Shown here piece after piece: positions 54,767 through 64,000 of a stretch of DNA of 64,000 nt (position 1 is its first letter; every line of letters starts with the position of its first letter). Source of the DNA: Octopus sinensis. Lineage: Eukaryota. A program made the translations under genes and the position numbers. The notes under the pieces are model-generated. The model was not told where the DNA came from. It searched no databases and saw only the letters and a program-made list of their open reading frames with translations. Where the stretch lies: NCBI RefSeq assembly GCF_006345805.1, contig NC_042997.1, positions 113,026,001-113,090,000 of the forward strand, given 5' to 3'.

Positions 54767-57515
54767 ACCAAGTAAGTTAGGGTTTTGTGGATCCAACCAA
54801 CTAAGGGATAAAACTTATCCAATATACTCTTGTATAATACCCAAATTATTAATACACAATGCAATTAACTTATTTATTGTATAAATGGGGAAGGTAAAGA
54901 AATATTTACCATTAATTATGATACAAATAAGAAAAAAATGAGAGAAACAATTAGTTGGTTTATCAGCTTTAGGATATTAAAATGTTGACTTATTATTTAA
55001 CAAAACGAGNNNNNNNNNNNNNNNNNNNNNNNNNNNNNNNNNNNNNNNNNNNNNNNNNNNNNNNNNNNNNNNNNNNNNNNNNNNNNNNNNNNNNNNNNNN
55101 NNNNNNNNNTAATGACTGTTGTCCATGCTGGCATGGGTTGGACAGTTTGACTGGGCTGGCACGCTGGAAGGCTATACCAGACTCCAGTCTGATTTGGCAT
55201 GGTTTTCTACAGCTGGATGCCTTTCCTGATTCCAACCACTCCAAGAGTGTAATGGGTACTTTTATTTGCCACCAGCATGGGTGCCATTTGCATGACACTG
55301 GGGTTAGGTTACATGTCACCGCCATGGGTGCCAATTTGTGTGACATCGGTATCTGCCACGACTGCAATTTTGCTTGGCTTGATGGGTCTTCTCAGGCATG
55401 ACATAATGCCAAAGGTCTCAGTCACTGCCTCTGTGAATTCCAGTGCTCAAAAGGAACTCTGCCACTTTGCCTCCATGAGGCCCAACACTTGAGAAGAACA
55501 CAGCCACTTTGACTCCGTGAGGCCCAACGTTCCAAAAGTGTTCTTTATGTGCCACTAGCATGGGTGCACTTGGCTTGATGAGTCCCCTCAAGCACAGCAC
55601 ATCACCAAAGGTCTCGGTCACCAGTCATATATATGTATATATATATATCAAGTTTATTTCTATACATTTTCTATACAATTCAGAGCAAGCATTCAACCCA
55701 TGCTAGCATGGAAAGCAGACGTTAAACGATGATGATGATGTATATACATATTTCAAGTGTTATCGTTCTTTTGTCAACACCACATCTAGCCCATCAACCA
55801 TCCACAAACATTGCTTAAATACCTGCTAAGTCTAGCAGTGTAACACTATTGGATTATAGCGGTGGCGAGCTGGCAGAAACGTTAGCACGCCGGGTGAAAT
55901 GCATAGCTGTATTTCGTCTGCCGTTACTTTCTGAGTTCAAATTCCACCGTGGTCAACTTTGCCTTTCATCCTTTTGGGGTTGATAAATTAAGTACCAGTT
56001 GCACACTGGGGTTGATATAATCGACTTAATCCTTCTGTCTGGCCTTGTTTGTCTCCTCTGTGTTTAGCCCCTTGTGGGTAGTAAAGAAATAGGATTATAG
56101 TGGCACTGAAGAAAGAACAATAACTCTTGAAATATGCATATACACCAATTACCTATTTTTTCTATCTTCGATATATATCTTCGATCATATTCTTTACATA
56201 GATGTATTCAGAGATGAAGCATTGTAACTTTCAATGCTAGCTCTGAATTCTATAGAAAATCTATAGAGACAAAATTAAAAGTGACAATTTTGCACTGCTA
56301 ACAAAAAAGTAAGACACAATATTGACTTGCAAACCTTTCATATACTTGGTAATATATTATGGTTGCAAAGGGAAATACTGTGTCCTTGCTCGCAATTTAT
56401 ATAATATAAGATTTGAAGAATGTTACAGATAAGTGCTCTTGAAAAATTATGCCATCTCATGGAATTTCATTATGCGAAATTTATTTTCCATTAACTGTTT
56501 TCCAATCAATACGAATGTTCATGGAAAGTATGTTTTGCATTACAAAATTCCACATACATACATACACACACACACAACACACACACACACACACACACAT
56601 ACATACATACAGACATACATACATTCATACATATATATACACACACACCACACACACACAATACATATATATATATTTATATACAGTACTCTAGAATAAA
56701 GATTATTTGCCAACATAATATGGCAGTCCTTGTTTAAGACAAATGTTACTGTAGAAACCTTGCCAGATCAGATTAGAGCCTGGTGCAGCCTTTTGCCTCA
56801 CCAGTCCTCAGTCAAACCATCCAACCCATGCCAGGATGGAAAGCGGACGTTAAACAACGATGATGATGATGATATATATGTGTGTGTGTGTATATGTATT
56901 GCGTGTGTGTGTGTATATATTGTGTGAGTGTATGTATTGTGTGTGTGTGTGTATGTATTGTGTGTGTGTGTGTATATATATTGTGTGTGTGTGTATGTAT
57001 TGTGTGTGTGTGTATATGTATTCTGTGTGTGTGTGTATTTCATTTAAGAGTTATAAGGTAAATAAAAATGTAAATTTCAATCTGTTGGGTAGAGTGGATA
57101 GATGTGCTAATTAAGTGAAAAGTTGTGTATGTATGTATGTATGTATGTATGCATATATGTATGTATGTATGTATGTATGCATGCATGCATGCATGTATGT
57201 ATGTATGTATGTATGTATGTATGTATGTATGTATGTATGTATGTATGTATGTATGCATGCATACATGTAAGTATGTATGTGTGCATGTATGCATGTATTG
57301 ATGTATGGATAGATGAATGGATGGATGGATATATATATGTGTGTGTGCTGATGTGTTTCGTTATTTCAAAATTTTTAATCAGAATCTTATTTTCTAAACA
57401 GGTTCCTGACACTGCTGTGAAAGACTGTCAGAATTATACAGATCTGACAGGCAAGCACTTTTTAAATCCTGCAATTGATAAAACGGTGAGGGTCGACCAA
57501 AAAGACAAACAATAG
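32692..57515 (+). CDS. PhyH-family (phytanoyl-CoA dioxygenase-like; ectoine/proline hydroxylase-like) Fe(II)/2OG dioxygenase: join(32692..32707,35120..35201,43013..43091,45997..46107,48602..48693,51643..51733,[missing exon(s)],57402..57515)
   Basis: Phase-consistent exons give [158 protein letters not shown]-x-x-x-G-Y/F-x-I-V-R start, HQD iron motif and ALD-x-x-x-x-ENGCL are PhyH hallmarks. Orthology to PHYHD1 not established, so no symbol given. Confidence 0.9.
32779..32987 (+). mobile_element. About 200 bp repeat family A with a minimal hammerhead-like core (Penelope terminal repeat-like)
   Basis: TTT-CTGACAA-AGAGTTCTGATC-GAAAC-ATT-AAA; homologous minus-strand copies at 48888-49085 and 52965-53162. 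Confidence 0.65.
32990..33170 (+). mobile_element. Helitron/Helentron-like non-autonomous element 5' end
   Basis: TCTATTATATAAAA start followed by (TCTG)n and CGATTGCGCTCAAATTT, resembling DINE/HINE-type elements. Confidence 0.4.
35120..35201 (+). CDS. PhyH-like gene exon (DYTFPGG...HGYFIVR)
   Basis: ttcataaag acceptor, AG/gtaagg donor, PhyH N-terminal motif. Confidence 0.9.
35593..36327. repeat. Three tandem copies (252-253 bp period) of the same piggyBac-type MITE
   Basis: Units start at 35593, 35846 and 36098 with TTAACCCTTT and are separated by a GATATACAATAGAGAAACAATTC-like spacer. Confidence 0.85.
36625..37030 (-). mobile_element. SINE family 1 copy, head cut at the TTAGGG/RTE junction
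   Basis: Ends at GCAAGCTACT instead of continuing TACCACACAGCC. Confidence 0.8.
37030..37047 (+). repeat. Interstitial telomeric repeat (TTAGGG)3
   Basis: Exact TTAGGGTTAGGGTTAGGG at the SINE/RTE junction. Confidence 0.8.
37048..38610 (+). mobile_element. 5'-truncated RTE-clade LINE: RT domain fragment, 3' UTR and (GAT)n tail
   Basis: [15 protein letters not shown]...[11 protein letters not shown] (YADD-type RT motif), downstream LHGSETW and GRPKK motifs with stops/frameshifts, ends GGACGTTAAACGATGAT... Confidence 0.92.
38880..39395. repeat. (TA)n/(TATG)n/(CA)n microsatellite
   Basis: Read directly. Confidence 0.95.
39765..40170 (+). mobile_element. tRNA-derived SINE family 1, near full length (15 or more copies in the window)
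   Basis: Pol III A/B-box-like head GGAGTGGCTGTGTGGTAAG...GGTTCAGTCCC, CCTTGGGCAAG core, internal (TA/TG)n, tail CAAGTAAAAGAGTAAAAGA. Confidence 0.85.
40905..41128 (-). mobile_element. SINE family 2 copy abutting the U6 3' end
   Basis: Reverse complement of 55860-56091. Confidence 0.82.
41137..41231 (-). pseudogene. RNU6: U6 snRNA pseudogene (5' end missing, about 8 nt)
   Basis: Reverse complement TTCGGCAATACATATGCTAAAATTGGAACAATACAGAGAAGATTAGCATGGTCCCTGTGCAAGGATGACATGCAAATTCATGAAGCATTCCATAT aligns without gaps to canonical U6, including the ACAGAGA box; about 9 substitutions versus human U6. Confidence 0.92.
41968..42410. mobile_element. Second copy of the (TAA)n-bracketed repeat, 5'-shortened
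   Basis: Aligns with 4865-5328; (TAA)n on both sides. Confidence 0.75.
43013..43091 (+). CDS. PhyH-like gene exon (GLVNEEEL...SHAYG)
   Basis: Long pyrimidine tract + tttgaag acceptor, GGT/gtaagt donor, phase 2 to 0. Confidence 0.9.
44255..44670 (+). mobile_element. SINE family 1 copy
   Basis: Same head, core and tail as 39765-40170. Confidence 0.82.
45355..45912. repeat. Compound (CA)n microsatellite immediately upstream of the 45997 exon
   Basis: Read directly. Confidence 0.95.
45997..46107 (+). CDS. PhyH-like gene exon (IDDDVGSK...AGTSEK)
   Basis: ttgtctag acceptor, AAG/gtcaga donor, 37 codons. Confidence 0.9.
46898..47096. mobile_element. hAT-type MITE
   Basis: TIR CAGCGCTTCTTAA/TTAAGAAGCGCTG; 8 bp flanks CTGTAAAG and CTGTGAAG. 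Confidence 0.75.
47105..47346. mobile_element. hAT-type MITE, second family (partial relatives at 6690-6823 and 9995-10162)
   Basis: CAATGGTTCTCAACC...GGCTGAAAACCACTG termini. Confidence 0.6.
48010..48500 (-). mobile_element. Stack of 2-3 SINE family 2 copies just upstream of the HQD exon
   Basis: Repeated TTCTCTACTCTAGGCACAAGGCCTGAAATT...GAATTTGAACTCAGAAC modules. Confidence 0.75.
48602..48693 (+). CDS. PhyH-like gene exon containing the HQD Fe-binding motif
   Basis: ttttggcag acceptor, GG/gtaagt donor, [31 protein letters not shown]. Confidence 0.93.
48888..49085 (-). mobile_element. Repeat family A copy
   Basis: Minus strand TGTTT-CTGACGA-AGAGCTCTGCTT-GAAAC-ATT-AAAT; embedded in (TA)n. 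Confidence 0.7.
49146..49479. mobile_element. TA-flanked element with about 55 bp terminal inverted repeats, carrying the G3:C8 hammerhead
   Basis: AAACCATAAAATGTCAAGAGGTATGAGAGATGAATATATTTATTTAACCATTT versus its near reverse complement ending at 49479. Confidence 0.8.
49342..49392 (-). ncRNA. Type I hammerhead-like motif with G3:C8 variant core
   Basis: Minus strand reads UUUGUCA-GUGAACA-G-GUCGC-GGUCUCAAA-GCGAU-GAAA-AUAUU-U-UGACAAA: 7 bp stem I, 5 bp stem II, palindromic AAUAUU stem III. Confidence 0.65.
51643..51733 (+). CDS. PhyH-like gene exon (YWYNNG...ENGCLQ)
   Basis: attgatag acceptor, CAG/gtaagt donor, phase 2 to 0. Confidence 0.93.
52965..53162 (-). mobile_element. Repeat family A copy, core partly deleted
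   Basis: Aligns to 48888-49085 but lacks the TGACGAA segment. Confidence 0.7.
53297..53561 (+). mobile_element. Penelope-like element RT fragment enclosed by 118 bp inverted repeats
   Basis: [73 protein letters not shown] (FDIxxFYxSI motif). Confidence 0.88.
53579..53639 (+). ncRNA. Type I hammerhead-like motif in the right arm of an inverted repeat
   Basis: GAUAG-CUGAAGA-GAUG..GUGG(GUUU)CCAC..CAUC-U-GAAA-CUCGGAG-UU-UUAUC; one extra base before GAAA and H17=U are non-ideal. Confidence 0.55.
53868..54734. repeat. About 870 bp foldback (arms about 53868-54270 and 54303-54734, 32 nt loop)
   Basis: Long stretches are exact reverse complements, e.g. TTCAGCGTAGAATACTATAATC...CCGAATTCAATT versus 54331-54453; right end runs into (TA)n. 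Confidence 0.92.
54442..54548 (+). ncRNA. Type I hammerhead ribozyme, intact core, palindromic stem III
   Basis: Stem I UCUACG/CGUAGA; core CUGAAGA 54448-54454; stem II GAAA/UUUC then AAGUUU/AAACUU; GAAA 54531-54534; stem III AC-GUAC-GU; GUC cleavage triplet, cut predicted after 54542. Confidence 0.85.
55010..55109. other. Assembly gap (100 N, probably a placeholder of unknown true size)
   Basis: Exactly 100 N. Confidence 0.98.
55860..56091 (+). mobile_element. tRNA-derived SINE family 2 with 9 bp target-site duplication (10 or more copies in the window)
   Basis: GGCGAGCTGGCAGAAACGTTAGC...GAGTTCAAATTCC head; TSD GGATTATAG at 55851-55859 and 56092-56100. Confidence 0.88.
56101..56147 (+). 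ncRNA. Degenerate hammerhead motif
   Basis: TGGCA-CTGAAGA-AAGA(ACAATAAC)TCTT-GAAA-TATGCATA-TA-CACCA; stem I pairs only if two CpG>CpA changes are reverted. Confidence 0.45.
57402..57515 (+). CDS. PhyH-like gene, probable terminal exon ([37 protein letters not shown])
   Basis: ttttctaaacag acceptor, open frame to TAG, AATAAA signals downstream; resembles the C-terminal tail I recall for this subfamily (not searched). Confidence 0.7.
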   Translation, partial: VPDTAVKDCQNYTDLTGKHFLNPAIDKTVRVDQKDKQ

Positions 57516-57700
57516 ATTGATTTCGTCTCTGTCAGATAATTTTCACCGTCTTCGAGAAAAGTAATTAAATATATTCGGCAGCAGATGTTTCAATCACCAA
57601 ACACTGACACAGACAATATTTCCAGAGTAAACAATTTATTCTCACAACTTACAAAAGCTAACACTCGTTCCTATTAATGACTGGTGTTTCTGAAATAATC

Positions 57701-57751
57701 AATAAACTTCCAAACAGATGGTCGGCTGCCATATTGTAACATAATAATAAA
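57701..57751 (+). terminator. Candidate polyadenylation signals of the PhyH-like gene
   Basis: AATAAA at 57701-57706 and 57746-57751, about 190-230 nt after the stop. Confidence 0.45.
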
Positions 57752-58499
57752 AACAAGCGAAAAATCAGAAGACAAATTGTTCAATATTGCATGAACGATT
57801 TGAGATTAATAACTATATTTTGAGAATTATTTTTCAATCTCTAGTGAAACATTACGTTTAATCAACTGATTCCAGAAAACATATATTATGAGAAAATAAA
57901 ATTAATTACACTTTGCAAAATTTAATTCAACTTTTATTCACACTTTTTCTCTCTTTCTCTTCCTCTTCTCTCTCTTTCTCCTTCACTTTATCTCTCTATA
58001 TCTCTCTGTCTCTCTCTACATATATATATATATATATCTTTAGCTCACTTACATATACACATATTGTAGATTCTCATTTAGAAATTATTTCTGGAACAAC
58101 CACAATTATTCAACAAATAGACTGAAAACATTTGTTCATAAAGATGATGGTTCTCAAATGACTAATCACGTTTCCTTCTCCTTAGAATTCATTTGAGAGC
58201 ATTTAAATGAGGAATAAGTGTGCTTCCCAACCACATGGTTCTTGGTTCAGTCCCACTGTGTGGCACCTTGGCCAAGTGTTTTCTACTATAGCCTCGGGAT
58301 GACCAAAGCCATGTGAGTGGAATTGGTGGGCAAAAGGAGTCCATTATATATACATATATATATGTGTGTATGTATATATATTTATATGTATATATATATA
58401 TATGTATATGTGTATATATGTATATAACACACATATATATATATATACGCACACAGACACACATACATATATATGTGCATATACATATGTATATATACA

Positions 58500-58541
<42 letters not shown>

Positions 58542-58561
58542 ATATATATATATATATATAT

Positions 58562-58862
58562 ATCACCGTGACCGACCAGGCTATCAGATGTTGCTACACA
58601 CTGCTGGTCACAATGCTCTTCGCATTGTTTTAGCCTTCAAATGACGCCACCCCGCTGGCTAAGCAAGCAGGCCAACAGAAGAAAGAGTGAGAGAAACTTG
58701 TGGTGAAAGAGTACAGCAGGGATCGCCACCACCCCCTGCCGGAGCCTCGTGGAGCTTTAGGTATTTTCGCTCAATAAACACTCACAACGACCGGTCTGGG
58801 AATCAAAACCGCGATCCTACAACCACGAGTCCGCTGCCGTAACCACTGGGCCATTGTGCCTC
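58562..58862 (-). mobile_element. SINE family 3-related copy
   Basis: Reverse-complement tRNA-like head near 58790-58862; body shared with 34000-34360 and tail shared with 20280-20370. Confidence 0.75.
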
Positions 58863-58914
58863 CACACACACACACACATTATATATATATATATACACAC
58901 ACACATATATATAT

Positions 58915-58950
<36 letters not shown>

Positions 58951-59075
58951 TATATATAACGGAAATGATATAGACGGAAAATGGAACATATGGGAAATTT
59001 TATTGATTGCAATGGTTGTTTCAACCCAAGCAGCACCACTTCCTCGTGGGTGAGAGACAGTACAATTAATTTCGG

Positions 59076-59174
59076 TGCATCTCATGATGCAGATGCATCT
59101 CATGATGCAGATGCATCTCATGATGCAGATGCATCTCATGATGCAGATGCATCTCATGATGCAGATGCATCTCA
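59076..59174. repeat. Perfect 18 bp minisatellite (TGCATCTCATGATGCAGA), 5.5 copies
   Basis: Read directly from the sequence. Confidence 0.95.
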
Positions 59175-60354
59175 CCAGGTGATGTAATAATGCACCTCAT
59201 TACAGAGACACTGTTTCATTCATTCAGATTCACTGGAGCATGTCGTTAGTGGTCGTAGCTGAAATACATTGGGAAGAAATGGCTGGGAACAGGTTTAGCT
59301 GTGAAGCTATAGATACAAACAGGAAGTAATTAAGCAAAATAAGCAAAACACATTGAGGAATTCCTGATGAAGATCCAGCAATGATTGTGCAACTACTGTG
59401 GATGATATCAGGTAGCCTTAGGTGGTAAATGTGCTTTATATATATACTACTAGGGATATACTCAACACATAAATGTCTTAGGAGTGGTTCTGTGGTCACA
59501 GGCATAGGAACAGCTGTGTGGTAAGTAGCTTGCTTACCAACCACATGGTTCCGGGTTCAGTCCCACTGCATGGCACCTTGGACAAGTGTCTTCTACTATA
59601 GCCTCGGGCCGACCAAAGCCTTGTGAGTGGATTTGGTAGATGGAAACTGAAAGAAGCCTGTCGTCTATATGTGTTTGTGTGTCTGTGTTTCTTCCCCCAA
59701 CATCACTTGACAACCGATGCTGGTGTGTTTGCATCCTCGTAACTTAGCAATTTGGTAAAAGGGACCGAATCTTAACTTTTATAAAGTAAATCTCAAGAGA
59801 GCTGAACTGCAGAAGGTTTTCAGAGAAGAATCCCTGCTCAGGCAAGTGTTTCAGCCCTTAACTTCTTCCACCCTAAGGGAGCCAGGCTGCATCCAGGTCA
59901 TGACACCTGAGTGGACTGAAGCAACATGAAATGAAGTAGGAGAGTATTGTAGTTCGCTTGAAGCAATGTATATTGTTTGTAAAAAATAAAAAGTTTTGAA
60001 TGGTACAACAATGCACTATCATACAGACAATGGGCTATATCCAAAAGATAAAAAAGAAAAGCCATTAGAAAACCGATTATAGCAGCAACTCCATCTAAGA
60101 ATATCTGAAGAAGGAATATTATTCCAAAATATCATATCAGACTATGGATGACTCAATTACAACAGGTATATAGCTCACTGTCTGTATTATAGTGCATTGT
60201 TGTACCATTCCAAACTTTATATTCTTTATGAAATGAAGTGTTTTGTTCAGGAACACAATACACCATTTGGTCTGGGTATTGAAACCATGAACTTGCAATC
60301 GTGAGTGCAACACATTTGTCAATTAGTCACATGCCTTAGGAGTGGTTGTGTGGT

Positions 60355-60521
60355 CACAGGTGTAGGAGTGGTTGTGTGGTAAGTAGCTTGCTTACCAACC
60401 TCATGGTTCCGGGTTCAGTCCCACTGTGTGGCACCATGGGCAAGTGTCTTCTAGTATAGCATCGGGCTGACCAAAGCCTTGTGAGTGAATTTGGTTGACG
60501 GAAACTGAAAGAAGCCCATCG

Positions 60522-60552
<31 letters not shown>

Positions 60553-60752
60553 AAATGTTTGTATGTCTGTGTTTGTCCCCCCACCCCAACATTGCTTGAC
60601 AACCAATACTGGTGTGTTTGCATCTCCGTATCTTAGCAATTCAGCAAAGGGGACCGATAGAATAAGTACTAGGCTTACAAAGAATAAGTCCTGGAGTCGA
60701 TTTGTTCGACTAAAGGTGGTGCTCCAGCATGGCAACAAGTAAAAGAATAACA
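60355..60752 (+). mobile_element. SINE family 1 copy
   Basis: Same head, core and tail. Confidence 0.82.
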
Positions 60753-60754
60753 GA

Positions 60755-61140
60755 ATGTCTTCCTATGCACTCTCACATATCTGGAGACAAATACAGAGAA
60801 TCCTTCAACTATTGAATGCATTCATAAAGATCAACACAAGGAATAATGGTGGAGGAATCCCATGGAAACTTCTACCAATTTTACATGTTACAGGTCAGAT
60901 ATTGCTGTTTAGGTCAGATAAGAGAAAGCAGATGCCATCACAGAGGTCAGCTGCCATTCTGAGGTGAATATCTCTTTGAAAATCAAAGAGAAAGAAGACG
61001 ACTATGGATAATTGCTTCAAAGCCTTCAGCGTCTATACTCTGATTATAAATGCAAATTCTTACCAATAATAATTGGTACTCTTGGTTTTGCTAGTAAATA
61101 CCAAACTGACAATCTGGAAAAGCTAGAGTTTTTGGAAAAA
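60755..61140 (+). mobile_element. Decayed non-LTR retrotransposon C-terminus with restriction-like endonuclease (R4/Dong/NeSL-type)
   Basis: Interrupted frame ...RSDIAV*...ITEVSCHSEVNISLKIKEKEDDYG*LLQSLQRLYSDYKCKFLPIIIGTLGF, matching the RPD...IE...K..KY...PIIIGALG pattern. Confidence 0.7.
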
Positions 61141-61617
61141 AACCCCCCAGAAATCAGCCGATTCACACATAACAAATAAACAGTCTGTAAGTGGAACAAT
61201 AAAAATATGCGAGACTTTTTGCAAGTTCAAGATGTGACAGTGTTTTTGTTATCTACATTCCAACAAAGGAATTTTGTTTCTTTGTTATAAACCAACTCCT
61301 TCCTCAGAGGAAGAATTTGAATAATTAAAAACTGAAGGGAACATACATATACATGCTGACATACACACTTACACACACAGACATACAGAAGCACATACAT
61401 ATATACATCCAGATATACGTGTGTGTGTATATGTGTGAGTATATACATGACTCCTTGTCCGAAGATTTTCTAACATGTTTTCTAACATATGAGATGATAT
61501 CTTACATGTCTTCCACTACATGTGAAATTTTCTAACTCCTATTAGCAAATGAAACATGTGTAATGGCAAATAAATAAAACCAGTACATACATACACATAC
61601 AAAAAAAAAAAGGTTTA

Positions 61618-61790
61618 AGGATGTCATAAGGACTACCATGAAGTCACTTGGAATGGTTCCAGAAGATATAGAAACCTTTGCTTTGGATCGAGTTGGATGG
61701 CGAGTCAAAATTCCTACAAAAGTTCAATTTGAAAACTCCACTAGAGTGGATGAAAGCGCTAATATATGATATATGATTTATAAAAACATG
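61618..61790 (+). mobile_element. RTE-BovB-like C-terminal fragment
   Basis: Translates as KDVIRTTMKSLGMVPEDIETFALDRVGWRVKI, homologous to the 21.1 kb piece. Confidence 0.65.
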
Positions 61791-61849
61791 TAACATATTA
61801 ATAAATATCAGTAAATATAAAACCATCCAGATTTCTGAGCACCTCATTT

Positions 61850-61904
<55 letters not shown>

Positions 61905-62471
61905 CATACATACATATACATACATACATATACATATATATATATATATATGCATATATATATGTATGAATATAATATTTACATAGAGAGAAAAAGAGAG
62001 AGAGAGAGAGAGAGGGAGAAAGAGAGAGAGACCTATCAAGGTTATTGAATTGAGACAGTTATTTAAAAAAAGGGGTAAAAAGACAAGGATAGGCAGTGGG
62101 AATGGAATGGAGATGAAGTAAATAAAATAGGATAAATGATTAGAAGGAAGAAAATGAGACGAAGGAAAAGAAGTGATGAGATCAATAGATCAATAAATGG
62201 AGAAACAGGGACAAGACAACACTGGAATTAATAAGGGAGTAGTTTCCAGTTTCATCATCTTTCGTTATTGTCACAATCGTCATCATCATCATCATCATCA
62301 TCAGCATCATCACCATCACCACTACCTCCACCTCCATCACGATCCTGATCATCGTCATTTTCATCATTTTCATATTTTCATGTAATCATTATCGTTGTCA
62401 TTGTCATTGTTGTTGTCGTTGTTATCGTCGTCACCATCATCACCATCATCATTATCATCATCACCATCATC

Positions 62472-62503
<32 letters not shown>

Positions 62504-62769
62504 CATCACCATCGTTGTCGTCATCATCATCATCATCATCTTTAATAACATCATCATTGTCACCTTCAAGACCACCACCATCATTGTTGACTTCCTTGTT
62601 GTCGTCGTCCTATTCTCATCATGAAAATCATCATCATCTTATCAATAGGTAACTTTCGAAATGTACATAGAATACCATTTTGTTTCATTTGGTTTGAAAA
62701 ATTAAATCAGTCAAGTGGGTATTGTTACTGTACATACACGGTTGAAAGTGTTCACGTAAGTTGTCCATA

Positions 62770-63634
62770 GTTGTAGGTTGTTTTTCATCTTCGACCATTT
62801 GGTACAAAGATTGTTCTTAATTTATTGTGATCCTAACTTTGAAGCTCAGTACGAAACACACACACACAGACACCCATATATGTGTGTGTTTGTGTGTACA
62901 TATGCATACTCTAACAGAAACTAACATACGCACACGTAGAGACACGCATATTTCATGTGGAATGGCAGCAATTTCTTGACGAATGGCATCTTTTAATTGT
63001 TCAATAGATTGAGGGCGATGAGTGTATACCTCTGAGTTCATGTACCTCCACAGGAAAAAATCTCACGGGTTCAAATCAGGTGATCGGCTAACCGATGTCA
63101 CCGCGCAATGAGATCAAATGACCGGGGAACATCTCCCCCATCGTACATCGTGAAGTGTGGGCTGTTTCCCCATCCTGTTGAAGCCAAACATTGTCCTTAT
63201 CATCAAGTTCATTCAATTTGAGTTTCCGAAAAGTCTCTAGCATCACACAATATGGATCAGAGTTTACAATCAATGTAACATTGTTTTCTTCGAAGAAGTA
63301 CGGACCCCAAATGCCGAATTCTGCTACCGGAGAATTTCAAGTAGGTATGAGATAACGTCTACCAAGCCTTAGGTGCACACGGAATGATCTTCGTATTGCA
63401 GTTACAGATTCGTTGTTCTTGATAAATGTTTCCACAACAAAAGCGTGATGCTCGCCCCTCCAATACATATTCGCAACCAAAAGCAAACTGAAATAAAATA
63501 TCACAAATTGCACTTTTTGAAACAAAATGGTATTATATGTACATTTCGAAATTAAAAACACCTTTTGTATTCTTTACACCATTTCACTTTCATTAAACCT
63601 ACAAATGTGTCAGATCATTTTGCCGCACCCTGTA
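62770..63634 (-). mobile_element. Degenerate Tc1/mariner-superfamily DNA transposon
   Basis: Minus fragments WRGEHHAFVVETFIKNNES..., VWLQQDGETAHTS (QQDGAxAH motif), EVYTHRPQSIEQLKDAIRQEIAAIP; TACAGGGTG terminus at 63634. Confidence 0.85.
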
Positions 63635-63639
63635 TTACC

Positions 63640-63999
63640 CCTTTTATAGTTCGTCCTGTTTAGGAATATCGAGGCTCCTGTAGGTAGTCAATTAACTACA
63701 CCCCTCTTTCCCTTTTCCTAAGTGTTAAATGTTACCCCCACCCATATCTATTACCTATTTTTTACTATTATAAATAATACTAGAAATACTTTCACTATCC
63801 CATGACGGTACTTATAACTCCACAGCATATAAATAGTAGCCCCTAGTAGGTTAATGCAGGTTATAAATCTTACTCTTTTTATAGTCCATCTTGTTAGGAA
63901 TAATCGAGGTTCTTGTAGGGAGTCAAGCAACCAACTTATCCTTCTCCTAAGTTTCATATGTAACTCCCTACCATTATCTATTACCTATTTCTTACACCA
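63640..63999. repeat. Diverged tandem repeat of about 234 bp period, cut by the window end
   Basis: TTTATAGT...TTAGGAATA.TCGAGG...CCTAAGT...TATCTATTACCTATTT occurs from about 63644 and again from about 63877. Confidence 0.7.
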
Positions 64000-64000
64000 A

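Noticed and set aside
19286-60079. Treating the Penelope pieces at 19.8, 29.3 and 53.3 kb as one element
   Set aside because: They differ in strand and are separated by host exons; they are independent fragments
63644-63672. Hammerhead-like TCCT...AGGACGAAC on the minus strand
   Set aside because: No CUGANGA-compatible core, and the second repeat unit does not preserve it
1-64000. Prokaryote-style operon, defence system or viral insertion
   Set aside because: No long non-repetitive ORFs exist; all coding signal is spliced exons or transposon debris

Overview
AT-rich, microsatellite- and transposon-dense eukaryotic DNA. The SINE/RTE families and repeat load point to an Octopus (cephalopod) genome; this is inference from repeat content, not a database result. 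Two spliced + strand genes can be rebuilt by hand with consistent splice phases. (1) The last four coding exons of an unrecognised, probably helical protein (1430-10468). (2) A PhyH-family Fe(II)/2-oxoglutarate dioxygenase (32692-57515, with the WHQDYGYW motif); roughly 90-100 expected residues are missing and probably lie in the 100-N gap at 55010-55109. The rest is tRNA-derived SINEs, RTE and BovB-like LINE pieces, Penelope RT and GIY-YIG fragments, an RLE-type LINE fragment, a decayed Tc1/mariner, MITEs, a U6 pseudogene and simple repeats; nearly all long ORFs in the supplied track are microsatellite translations. The most notable signal is a set of type I hammerhead ribozyme motifs with palindromic stem III, carried by several small elements that sit in (TA)n tracts, often as inverted repeats. 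One has an intact core on the sense strand of a dioxygenase intron (54442-54548), inside an ~870 bp foldback whose other arm has lost exactly the catalytic GAAA. Another has a compensatory G3:C8 core (49342-49392).
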